From Tepidamorphaceae bacterium (lineage in GTDB: Bacteria > Pseudomonadota > Alphaproteobacteria > Rhizobiales > Tepidamorphaceae), in NCBI GenBank assembly GCA_965250105.1, contig OZ252290.1:3449308-3513307 (forward strand): DNA of 64,000 nucleotides. The letters run 5' to 3'. This document shows positions 18,842-27,420 of the stretch, one piece after another. Positions within the stretch are counted from its first letter, which is position 1. Every line of letters begins with the position of its first letter. The notes beneath the pieces are model-generated. The model made no database searches. It was not told where the DNA came from and saw only the letters and a program-made list of their open reading frames with translations. Position numbers and translations under genes: made by a program.

Positions 18842-21289
18842 ATGGCTCGGATCCCGCGCCCCAGGTCAACACGCCTTGAAGCCAAACCCATGACGGACAC
18901 GTCCCTTTCAGCCGCCGGCCTGCCGCACGACGCGGCCCGACAGGTCGATCCGGCCGCCGATCCGTCGATCCTGGGGCTTCTTATCGGCCTTTGGCGGCGC
19001 AAGTTCTGGGTCGTCGTGCCGACCGTGCTCGTCACGCTGGCGACGCTGGTCTTCCTGTTCCTGGTGACGCCGCAATACCGCGCCGAGACCCAGATTCTCA
19101 TCGAGCCGCAGGAAACCGCCTTCACGCGGCCGGACGGCGATGCGACGGCCGGGCAGGGCGCCTTCGACAACGAGGCCGTGCGCAGCCAGGTCCAGGTGAT
19201 CCTGTCGGTCGATCTGGCCCGTCAGGTGATCCGCGATCTCGACCTGGCCGACGAGCCGGAATTCGGCGAGGCGGGGCAGCGCCGCTCGCTTCTGTCGCTG
19301 CTGCGCGGGCTAATCTCGGGGGACGGCGAGGAGGCGCGGAACGTCGACCGGCTGTTGCAGGACTACTATGACAGGCTGCGCGTCTATCCGATCAGCGATT
19401 CCCGCGTCATCGCGATTTCCTTCGACAGCGCCGATCCGGTTCTGGCGGCGGCCGTGGCGAATGCGGTGGCCGAAGGCTATATCGATCTTCAGCGCACCGC
19501 CCGGCGCGATACGACGCGCGAGGCGACCGACTGGCTGTCCGACCAGATCGACGTTCTGCGCGCCCGCGTCGCCGAGGCCGAACGCGCGGTGGAGACGTTC
19601 CGCGCCTCGACCGGGCTGTTCCAGGTGGTGCGCGGGCAGGACGTCTCCGGCACCCTGATCGATCAGCGATTGTCGGAGATTTCGAGCCAGATCACCCAGG
19701 CTCGCGCCAGTCGCGCCGATGCCGAAGCGCGCGCCAGGCTGATTCGCGACCTGCTTGCTTCGGGCCAGTCACTCGAATCGTCGGATGTGTTGAATTCGCC
19801 GCTGATCCAGAGCCTGTTCGAGGAACAGCTGCGCCTGCGCGCGCAGATCGCCGAACTCTCCTCGACCTTTCTCTCAAACCATCCGCGCATGCGCGAACTG
19901 ACCGCCCAACTCGTCGATCTCGACCGCCAGATGCGCGCCGAGACCGAGCGCATCGTGCGCGGCCTCGAAAACGAGGCGGCGGTGGCGGCCGCCCGCGAGC
20001 GCGAACTGACCGAAGCGCTCGACCAGATCAAGCTCGAAGCCGTCGAGGCCAATGGCCAGGAAGTGGAATTGCGGGCGCTTGAACGCGAAGCGCGCGCCGA
20101 ACGCGATCTTCTCGAGACCTATCTCGCTCGCTTCCGGGACGCCAGCGCCCGCAATTCGCTCGATGCGGCACCGGCGGATGCGCGCATCGTGTCGGCCGCG
20201 ACGGTGCCGACCAAGCCCTTCTTTCCCAAGAAGACGGCGACGCTGATGGCCGCCATCGTGGCGACGGTTCTGGTATCGGCGGCCATCGCCATCGCGCATG
20301 AGCTGGCGACGGTCTATGCCCGGCAGAACGCCGCCATGCGCCATGCCATGCAACCCGTTTCGGGTCGCGACGAGGCGGGGTCGATCATGGCGGCCGACCG
20401 CGCCGCGCCGGGCATCGACCTGGATGAGAGTGTGGATCCGACCGGCCGTATCGATCCCGATCCGCTGGAAATGCCGGCGGAAGCGCTGGCGGGGGCGTCG
20501 CCTGTCGAGGCTGATGGTGTCGACCGCGATATCGATGACCACCGCGCGCCGCATGAGGATGACGATGACGGCGCCGGGGACCATGCCGATGATGCCGTTG
20601 ACGAGCTGGAGAAAGAGTCGGCCAACGATACCGGCGCACCGCTGATGCACCGCTTCGGCCGGTTGCGCGATCTCGTGGCGGAGGCGCGGTCGCCCGGCGG
20701 CGTGGTGATCTGCGTCGCGCCGGTCAAGTCGGACATGGCGGCGGCGCATGTCGGCCTGGCGGCGGCGGCGGCGTTGTCCGCCGATGGCCATCGGGTCGTG
20801 CTCGTTGATACCGATACCGACCATAACGCGGTCAGCCGCCTGGCCGGTTCGGAGCCCGGCGCGCCCGGTCTCGATGCTTCTCCCGATCAGAAGGACCGCC
20901 CTGGTCTTGGGGATCTGATCGAGGGCAGGGCCCGTTTCGAGGATGTCCTGCACCGGCTGCCCGGATCGCGGGTTCATGCGCTGTCGGCGGGACGATGCTT
21001 CGGTAACCGGGAGCGGCTTCTGATGGGCGACGATTTCGCCGAGATCATCGCCGCGTTGACACAGACCTATGACGTCGTCGTCATGGTCGGCACGGCGCTG
21101 TCGCGCTCGGTGGCGAGCCAGCATCTCGCGACCCTGGCCCGGATCGGCCTTACCGCGCATGACGATCTCGACGGTGCGCGCGCCCGGGCGCGGGCGACCC
21201 AGCTTTTCGCCGAGGCTGGCACGCGGGAGTTGATCGAGGTCGACGCGACCGCCTTGCAGCAGGCCTTGGAGACGGTGCCGGCCGGCTGA
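18842..21289 (+). CDS. Polysaccharide co-polymerase (Wzc/ExoP/GumC-like) with a degenerate C-terminal P-loop domain
   Basis: The N-terminal Wzz domain has two TM segments (KFWVVVPTVLVTLATLVFLFL and a second near TATLMAAIVATVLV) and long coiled coils. The C-terminal BY-kinase-like domain has altered motifs. An alternative start (MTDTS) is at 18890. Confidence 0.85.
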   Translation: MARIPRPRSTRLEAKPMTDTSLSAAGLPHDAARQVDPAADPSILGLLIGLWRRKFWVVVPTVLVTLATLVFLFLVTPQYRAETQILIEPQETAFTRPDGDATAGQGAFDNEAVRSQVQVILSVDLARQVIRDLDLADEPEFGEAGQRRSLLSLLRGLISGDGEEARNVDRLLQDYYDRLRVYPISDSRVIAISFDSADPVLAAAVANAVAEGYIDLQRTARRDTTREATDWLSDQIDVLRARVAEAERAVETFRASTGLFQVVRGQDVSGTLIDQRLSEISSQITQARASRADAEARARLIRDLLASGQSLESSDVLNSPLIQSLFEEQLRLRAQIAELSSTFLSNHPRMRELTAQLVDLDRQMRAETERIVRGLENEAAVAAARERELTEALDQIKLEAVEANGQEVELRALEREARAERDLLETYLARFRDASARNSLDAAPADARIVSAATVPTKPFFPKKTATLMAAIVATVLVSAAIAIAHELATVYARQNAAMRHAMQPVSGRDEAGSIMAADRAAPGIDLDESVDPTGRIDPDPLEMPAEALAGASPVEADGVDRDIDDHRAPHEDDDDGAGDHADDAVDELEKESANDTGAPLMHRFGRLRDLVAEARSPGGVVICVAPVKSDMAAAHVGLAAAAALSADGHRVVLVDTDTDHNAVSRLAGSEPGAPGLDASPDQKDRPGLGDLIEGRARFEDVLHRLPGSRVHALSAGRCFGNRERLLMGDDFAEIIAALTQTYDVVVMVGTALSRSVASQHLATLARIGLTAHDDLDGARARARATQLFAEAGTRELIEVDATALQQALETVPAG

Positions 21290-21302
21290 GCTAGACGGTT
21301 TG

Positions 21303-22604
21303 TCAGTTTGCGGGCCGGCTGCGCCATTTCCGCAGCGCCGCCAGCGCGCGCTGGCCGCGCGCATCCTGCTTGATCCAACGTTTCAGCGACTGCCATTGGC
21401 GGATCGCCGGTGTGGCGGCGACGCCGAGCGGCGTTAGCGGCATGATGGTCTCGAACAAGCGGTCTGTCCGCGGGCACCAATGCGTCTTGTAGCCGGCTTC
21501 GCCGATGCCGAGATCGAAACAGGGCGTGCCGCGATCGGCGAGATCGGCGATCATGTGGCGCAACAGAAGATCGCCGATCGGAAACCGGTCGTAGCGCGCG
21601 TCATGCGAATTGATCATGGCGCTGAACCGGCCACCCTGGGTGATGCCCCACCAAGTGGCGGCGACGGCGTCGCCGACCTTCAGCCAATAGATGTCGGCGA
21701 TCGGCGTGCCGTCCCTGCCTGTTGCCAGAGTGTCGAGAAAATCGCGCGCGCCGGGCTCGGAAAACACATCGGGCAGGCCGAGCCGCGCCATGCGGGCCTG
21801 TTTCTGTTCGACGAAGGCCGACAGGATCGGTTCGGGATCGTCGTCGGGGGCCAGCCGTTCGAGCGAGACCGGGCCGAAGGCGTCGGCCAGCCGGCGTTCC
21901 GAGCGCCGCAGCTTGCGCAGGGATTCCCCGCTTCTCAGCGCCCGCAGCGTCGTGTCGCCATCCTCTGCGAAGGGCGCCGAATAGGCGAAGCTGGCCGATG
22001 GCTGATGCGGCAGATCGAGCAGCGGGTTTGGTATCCCGGTCCATTTTTCGGGCTGGTTGTGCAGGAGAAGGATGTCCGCCAGGCCGACATGGCGCGCCGC
22101 GGCGACGAGCGCGTCACCGATATCATCGTCCTCGGCGAGATCGGCACGCAGCACCGGCAGATTGTAATTGGCATGCTTGCCACCGAGATAGACCGCGACC
22201 CGCAGCAGGCCATGGCGCTCGATACCGAGCGGCCAAAGCGCCGCGATACCCGATCTGTCTCGCAGAACGATGAGGGCAGGGACACAACCTTGCGCCGCGC
22301 CCAGCGTCGCCTGCCAGGCCGCGAGAAAGTCGAAGCCCTGATAGGGGCTCATCCAAGCCGATGTCTCGAGCCGGCGCCAAGCCGCTTCCGCGTCGGCGAA
22401 GCGGTGACAGAGCGACACGCGGAACCGCCCGTCACGCACAAGCGTGCCGGCTTCGCTCTCCTGATAGCCGAGATCGGTGCCCGGAGGTCCGTCGAGGTCG
22501 AGGCTGTCGAGCCGCATGCGTCGCGCATTCCCTGATCGTTGGGGGCCAGCTGCTTCTGCCGACAGCGGACCATCTTGCCGAGGACCATAGCGGACAAGCC
22601 TCAA
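21303..22604 (-). CDS. CelD/BioF2-like (FemAB-fold GNAT) acyltransferase
   Basis: The size, polysaccharide-cluster context, and the C-terminal region YWLKVGDAVAATWWGITQGGRFSAMINSHD...GIGEAGYKTHW resemble the CelD-like acetyltransferase family. An alternative start is at 22517. Confidence 0.6.
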   Translation of the reverse strand: MRLVRYGPRQDGPLSAEAAGPQRSGNARRMRLDSLDLDGPPGTDLGYQESEAGTLVRDGRFRVSLCHRFADAEAAWRRLETSAWMSPYQGFDFLAAWQATLGAAQGCVPALIVLRDRSGIAALWPLGIERHGLLRVAVYLGGKHANYNLPVLRADLAEDDDIGDALVAAARHVGLADILLLHNQPEKWTGIPNPLLDLPHQPSASFAYSAPFAEDGDTTLRALRSGESLRKLRRSERRLADAFGPVSLERLAPDDDPEPILSAFVEQKQARMARLGLPDVFSEPGARDFLDTLATGRDGTPIADIYWLKVGDAVAATWWGITQGGRFSAMINSHDARYDRFPIGDLLLRHMIADLADRGTPCFDLGIGEAGYKTHWCPRTDRLFETIMPLTPLGVAATPAIRQWQSLKRWIKQDARGQRALAALRKWRSRPAN

Positions 22605-22682
22605 GGAAAGGTTTCACAGCTTGCACAAGGGGTTTCGGTCGCGGTTTACGCCGCCTCAACCGACGTCTGCTAATCCGGAGGC

Positions 22683-23735
22683 ATGAACCGATGGCGCACG
22701 CTTTGTCTGAAAACCGGGCTCGAAACGCTCCATGCCATGGGCGTGTTCCGGCTTCTGGCCCCGTTCACGCGCGGCCGCGGCGTGATCTTCACGCTGCATC
22801 ATGTCCTGCCGGCGCGGCACGATCCGTTCCAGCCGAACCGCATCCTCGAAGTGACGCCGGATTTCCTCGACCAGGCCGTCGGCCTCGTCCGGACGCAAGG
22901 CTATGACATCATCCCGATCGGCGAGGTGCCGGCGCGGCTCGCGGACCCCGATGCGGCGCCCTTCGCCGTCTTCACCTTCGATGACGGCTATCGCGACAAT
23001 CTGGACCATGCCTATCCGGTGATGAAGCGCCATGGCGCGCCGTTCACGATCTATGTCGCCACCGGTCTACCCGATGGCACAGCGGTCCTGTGGTGGCGGG
23101 CGCTCGAAGAGATCCTGCGCGCTCATGACCGCGTGGCGCTGCCCGCCGATGCGGGCGACAACGATCTCCCGGCCCGGACGACGGAAGAAAAATACCGCGC
23201 CTATGAGGCGATCTACTGGCGGCTGCGCGCCATGGGCGAAGACGATCAGCGCACCGCCATCGATGCGCTCTGCCGGCGCTATGGCCATGACCCGGCCGCC
23301 TATTGCCGGTCGGTGTCGCTGACCTGGGACGAGATCCGCCGCCTGGCGGATGATCCGCTTGTCACGATCGGGGCGCATACGGTGAGCCATCCGGCGCTGG
23401 CCAAGCTAGAGCGGGCCGAGGCGGTGCGCGAGATCGACGAGGGCCGCGCCGAACTCGCGCGGTCGGGCGCCGGCAGCGCGCGCCATCTCGCCTATCCTTA
23501 CGGTTCGCCGCGCGAGGCGGGCGCGCGCGAATTCGCCTTATGCGGCGAACTGGGCTTCGCGACGGGCGTGACGACACGGCCCGGCGTGCTCCGCGACGCC
23601 CATCGCGACCATCTCGGCGCGCTGCCGCGTGTTTCGCTGAACGGTGATTATCAGAAAGCGCGTTTCGTGCGCATGTTCCTGTCCGGGGCGCCCTTCGCGC
23701 TGGCCGGCCGGTTCCGTCAGCTCGACGTGGCCTGA
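22683..23735 (+). CDS. Polysaccharide deacetylase (NodB-homology, CE4) family protein
   Basis: Contains FTFDDGYRDN (catalytic Asp and metal ligand), HTVSHP and YPYG. Confidence 0.85.
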   Translation: MNRWRTLCLKTGLETLHAMGVFRLLAPFTRGRGVIFTLHHVLPARHDPFQPNRILEVTPDFLDQAVGLVRTQGYDIIPIGEVPARLADPDAAPFAVFTFDDGYRDNLDHAYPVMKRHGAPFTIYVATGLPDGTAVLWWRALEEILRAHDRVALPADAGDNDLPARTTEEKYRAYEAIYWRLRAMGEDDQRTAIDALCRRYGHDPAAYCRSVSLTWDEIRRLADDPLVTIGAHTVSHPALAKLERAEAVREIDEGRAELARSGAGSARHLAYPYGSPREAGAREFALCGELGFATGVTTRPGVLRDAHRDHLGALPRVSLNGDYQKARFVRMFLSGAPFALAGRFRQLDVA

Positions 23736-24067
23736 CCATCCTCGCCGGGCAAGGTCTTCGGCACTTCCATCCAACGGATCACCACGACGACCGGCGGGAT
23801 CCAGGCGAGCCCGGCGACGAGATAGAAGGCCAGCTCGAGCAGGAAGCCGTTGCCGTTGATGAAAATCGCGCCGATATTCATCGCCACCAGCATATAGACC
23901 AGCAGGAAGAGCGGGATGACCAGCGTGCCGAACAGCTTGCGGCCGCGCCGCGAGCGCCGCGCGCCGGCGATATCGGCGTCGTAATAGGCGGTGTCCGCCG
24001 GTTGCGTGGCGGGGGCGGCTTCGGATGTTCGGGCGGTCTCGTCCGCCTCGGTCTTGCCATGTGTCAT
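23717..24067 (-). CDS. DUF2842-type small membrane protein
   Basis: This 116-aa product has two TM helices (LFGTLVIPLFLLVYMLVAM / LAFYLVAGLAWIPPVVVVI). It is divergent from ctaA, as I recall from Rhizobiales. The 282-aa track ORF is an over-extension. Confidence 0.65.
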   Translation of the reverse strand: MTHGKTEADETARTSEAAPATQPADTAYYDADIAGARRSRRGRKLFGTLVIPLFLLVYMLVAMNIGAIFINGNGFLLELAFYLVAGLAWIPPVVVVIRWMEVPKTLPGEDGQATSS

Positions 24068-24272
24068 CGGCGCTCTCTTGGTCGGCGGGGAGCTTGCGGC
24101 GTTCGGTCCCGTTTGCTTTTCCCGCGCTTCGGCGTAAGTAGCGCGCGATACGCTTTGATCCAATGGCCGGATTGCCGCAGGACGCCCCATCAAGCGACAG
24201 TCGTCGCGATCCCCGCCATCATCGGCCCCGAACCTCTTTCCCGATATCCCGATACAAGACCCCCCGCCGCCC

Positions 24273-25376
24273 ATGTCCGATACCGTCCTCACCGATATTC
24301 CAGCGTCCGCGACGCGCCTGACCGCCCGGCGCGCCGCGATCATGCGGGCCTGGCTGTGGTGTGTCGCGCTTCTGGTGGTCGCCATCATCGCGGTCGGCGG
24401 GGCGACGCGGCTCACCGATTCCGGCCTTTCCATCGTCGAATGGCGTCCGGTGACCGGCGTCATCCCGCCATTGACGGCGGAGGCCTGGGAGATCGAACTC
24501 GAAAAATACCGCCAGATCCCGGAATACCAGATCATCAACAAGGGGATGAGCCTAGACGCGTTCAAGGTGATCTATTGGTGGGAGTGGGGGCATCGTTTTC
24601 TCGGCCGGGTCATCGGACTCGCCTTCTTCGTGCCCTTCGTCGCCTTCGCCGCCATGGGGTGGCTGTCGCGCGGGCTGATGCTGCGCTTCGGTGCCTTGTT
24701 CCTGCTCGGCGGCCTTCAGGGGGCGATCGGCTGGTGGATGGTGACGAGCGGCCTCGTCGACCGGGTCGATGTCAGCCAATACAGGCTCGCCGTCCATCTC
24801 GGCATGGCATTCATCATCCTCGGCGCGCTGTTCTGGACGATCCGCGATCTCACGCCGGGGGAGCGATCCGTGCCGCATGCGGCGCGATCCGGCGTCACGC
24901 TCGTGGCCGGGCTGCTGACCGGCCTCGTCTTCATTCAGATCCTGATCGGCGCGCTCGTCGCGGGCCTCGATGCCGGGCTCGGCTTCGCGACCTGGCCGCT
25001 GATGAACGGGCAGTGGATCCCCGACCGGCTCTATCTCGCCGATCCCTGGTATCTGGCGGCGTTCGAGGATCCGCTAACGGTCCAGTTCAACCATCGCGGC
25101 CTGGCCTATCTTCTGGTTGTCGGCGCGGGACTGCACTGGTTCTGGACCCGTCGCCGGCTCGGCGCGTCACCGGAAGCCCGGGGCGCGATGTGGCTCTTCC
25201 TGGCGCTTGGCGCCCAGGCAGCCCTCGGCATCGCGACGCTGCTCAACCATGTCCCGGTGTCGCTGGCGCTTCTGCACCAGTTCGGCGCGGTGGTGATCCT
25301 GGCGATCGCCATCGCCCATCTGCACCGGCTGACCGGCGGCACGCCGGTGCCCGTGGAGGCCGCGCGGCCGGCCTGA
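24273..25376 (+). CDS. ctaA: Heme A synthase (COX15/CtaA family)
   Basis: Contains RLTDSGLSIVEWRPVTGVIPP, the conserved EYQIINKGMSLDAFKVIYWWEWGHRFLGR block, and 8 TM segments with paired His residues. Confidence 0.9.
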   Translation: MSDTVLTDIPASATRLTARRAAIMRAWLWCVALLVVAIIAVGGATRLTDSGLSIVEWRPVTGVIPPLTAEAWEIELEKYRQIPEYQIINKGMSLDAFKVIYWWEWGHRFLGRVIGLAFFVPFVAFAAMGWLSRGLMLRFGALFLLGGLQGAIGWWMVTSGLVDRVDVSQYRLAVHLGMAFIILGALFWTIRDLTPGERSVPHAARSGVTLVAGLLTGLVFIQILIGALVAGLDAGLGFATWPLMNGQWIPDRLYLADPWYLAAFEDPLTVQFNHRGLAYLLVVGAGLHWFWTRRRLGASPEARGAMWLFLALGAQAALGIATLLNHVPVSLALLHQFGAVVILAIAIAHLHRLTGGTPVPVEAARPA

Positions 25377-25411
25377 CTCGAATCGGGTCTCAACGACGGG
25401 CAAGAACGACA

Positions 25412-25439
25412 ACGGGCGGCCGTCGCGAGGGCCGCCCGT
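25412..25439. terminator. Hairpin between the convergent ctaA and metY genes
   Basis: ACGGGCGGCC-GTCGCGAG-GGCCGCCCGT forms a 10-bp perfect stem. There is no strong T-run on either strand. Confidence 0.5.
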
Positions 25440-25468
25440 CGAGATGTTCGCGCCGCAAAGGGCGTCGG

Positions 25469-26758
25469 TCAGGCGGCGTCCAGCGCCTGCGCCAGATCGG
25501 CGATGATGTCGTCCTTGTCCTCGATGCCGACCGACAGGCGCACCACGTCGGGGCCGGCACCGGCGAGCACCTTCTGTTCGTCCGACAATTGCCGATGGGT
25601 GGTCGAGGCCGGATGGATGATCAGGCTGCGCGTGTCGCCGATATTGGCGAGATGCGAGAACAGCTGGACGTTCGACACCACCTTGACGCCGGCGTCATAG
25701 CCGCCCTTGACGCCGAAGGTGAACACCGCGCCGGCGCCGTTCGGGCAATAACGCTGGGCGAGATTGTGGTGCCGGTCCGTCGGCAGGCCGGCATAGCTGA
25801 CCCAGGACACCTTGTCGTGGCCATCGAGGAACTGGGCCACGGCCAGCGCGTTGTCGCAATGCTTCTGCATTCTGAGCGACAGTGTCTCGACGCCGGTCAG
25901 GATCAGGAAGGCGTTGAACGGCGAGATCGCCGCGCCGAGATCGCGCAAGCCCAGCACCCGGCAAGCGATGGCGAAGGCGAAATTGCCAAAGGTCTCGTGC
26001 AGCACCATGCCGTTATAGGAGGCCTGCGGCTCGGACAGCGAGGGATACTTGCCCGGCACGTCCGACCAGTTGAACGTGCCGCCGTCGACGACCATGCCGC
26101 CGATCGAATTTCCGTGCCCGCCGATGAACTTGGTCAGTGAATGGACCACGATGTCGGCGCCATGTTCGAAGGGGCGGCAGAGATAGGGCGAGGCCATGGT
26201 GTTGTCGACGATGAGCGGCACGCCGGCCTTCTTGGCGACCTGGGAGACGGCTTCGATATCGGTGACGATGCCGCCCGGATTGGCCAGGGACTCGACGAAG
26301 ATCGCCTTGGTCTTGTCCGAGACCGCCGCCTCGAAGCTCGACAGGTCGTCGGGATCGGCCCACACCACGTTCCAACCGAACTTCTTATAGGCGTGGTTGA
26401 ACTGGTTGATCGAACCGCCATAGAGCTTGCGCGAGGCGATGAACTCGTCGCCCGGTTCGAGAAGGGTGTGAAAGACGAGCTGCTGGGCGGCATGGCCCGA
26501 GGCGACCGCCAGCGCCGCCGTGCCGCCTTCGAGGGCCGCCACCCGCTCTTCGAGCACCGCCGTCGTCGGATTGGTGATGCGGGTATAGATGTTGCCGAAG
26601 GCCTGGAGCCCGAACAGCGAGGCGGCGTGATCGGCATCGTCGAAGACGAAGGACGTCGTCTGGTAGATCGGCGTGGTGCGGGCGCCGGTGGCCGGATCTG
26701 GCTGGGCGCCGGCATGCACCGACAGGGTCGAGAAGCCGGGGACGGTGGTGTCGCTCAT
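25469..26758 (-). CDS. metY: O-acetylhomoserine aminocarboxypropyltransferase (sulfhydrylase)
   Basis: Contains GFSTLSVHAGAQPD...TTPIYQTTSFVFDD...GNIYTRITNPT and the PLP lysine region HSLTKFIGGHG. I prefer the ATG at 26758 (GGAGAATAAG upstream). The track start is 26773. Confidence 0.9.
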   Translation of the reverse strand: MSDTTVPGFSTLSVHAGAQPDPATGARTTPIYQTTSFVFDDADHAASLFGLQAFGNIYTRITNPTTAVLEERVAALEGGTAALAVASGHAAQQLVFHTLLEPGDEFIASRKLYGGSINQFNHAYKKFGWNVVWADPDDLSSFEAAVSDKTKAIFVESLANPGGIVTDIEAVSQVAKKAGVPLIVDNTMASPYLCRPFEHGADIVVHSLTKFIGGHGNSIGGMVVDGGTFNWSDVPGKYPSLSEPQASYNGMVLHETFGNFAFAIACRVLGLRDLGAAISPFNAFLILTGVETLSLRMQKHCDNALAVAQFLDGHDKVSWVSYAGLPTDRHHNLAQRYCPNGAGAVFTFGVKGGYDAGVKVVSNVQLFSHLANIGDTRSLIIHPASTTHRQLSDEQKVLAGAGPDVVRLSVGIEDKDDIIADLAQALDAA

Positions 26759-26838
26759 CTTATTCTCCATCATTTCTGGGTGAATTATTGTCGAGATGAT
26801 CTCTCATGGTGGTATTTATAGACCGCTCCGCCGACGCG

Positions 26839-27420
26839 TCATCTCTTGTTCGGGTCGGCCGGGGGCCTGCCATGCGTTGGACGCAGGCCGAAATGCTGAA
26901 AGCCGGTGCCTTGCATCACGGGCTTGCGGCTTGAGATCGTCCGGCTGTTGACGCCGACCCAGCCGATCTCGCCCGACAGCCGGCCGAACTCGATCTTCGG
27001 GCAGCGGTTCATGATCACGGTCAGGCCATGGGCTTCCGCCTTGCGGGCGGCGTCGTCGTTGCGCACGCCGAGCTGCATCCAGATGATGCTGGGCAGGGGG
27101 GAAAGCGCCAGGGCCTCGTCGACCACGCCTGAGGCCGCCGCGCTGTTGCGGAAGATGTCGACCATGTCGATGGGCTCGGGCACGTCGGCCAGCGAGGCAT
27201 GGACGGGGCGGCCGGCGATCTCCTGGCCGGCCAGGCCCGGATTGATCGGGAAGACGGTGAAGCCCTTGTCGATCAGATAGCGCAGGACGAAATAGCTCGG
27301 CCGCACGGTATTGGCGCTGGCGCCGACGATGGCGACCGTCTTCGCCGCATCGAGGACCGCCCGGATCTCCTCGTCGGCATAGCGCTCGTGGCGGTCTTCC
27401 CGGGGCGCGCGCGCGTCCAT
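26839..27420 (-). CDS. CoA-binding domain protein (YccU/YneT-like)
   Basis: KTVAIVGASANTVRPSYFVLRYLIDKGFTVFPINP is a CoA_binding_2-type Rossmann motif. The start shares 1 nt with the upstream stop (TGATG). Confidence 0.75.
   Translation of the reverse strand: MDARAPREDRHERYADEEIRAVLDAAKTVAIVGASANTVRPSYFVLRYLIDKGFTVFPINPGLAGQEIAGRPVHASLADVPEPIDMVDIFRNSAAASGVVDEALALSPLPSIIWMQLGVRNDDAARKAEAHGLTVIMNRCPKIEFGRLSGEIGWVGVNSRTISSRKPVMQGTGFQHFGLRPTHGRPPADPNKR

Noticed and set aside
26759-26838. A SAM-II or other methionine riboswitch upstream of metY, and likewise upstream of metC at 50181-50330.
   Set aside because: From memory, I could not find the SAM-II pseudoknot consensus (conserved AAAGCU and U-rich strand) in either leader. 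A covariance-model search is needed for a definitive answer.
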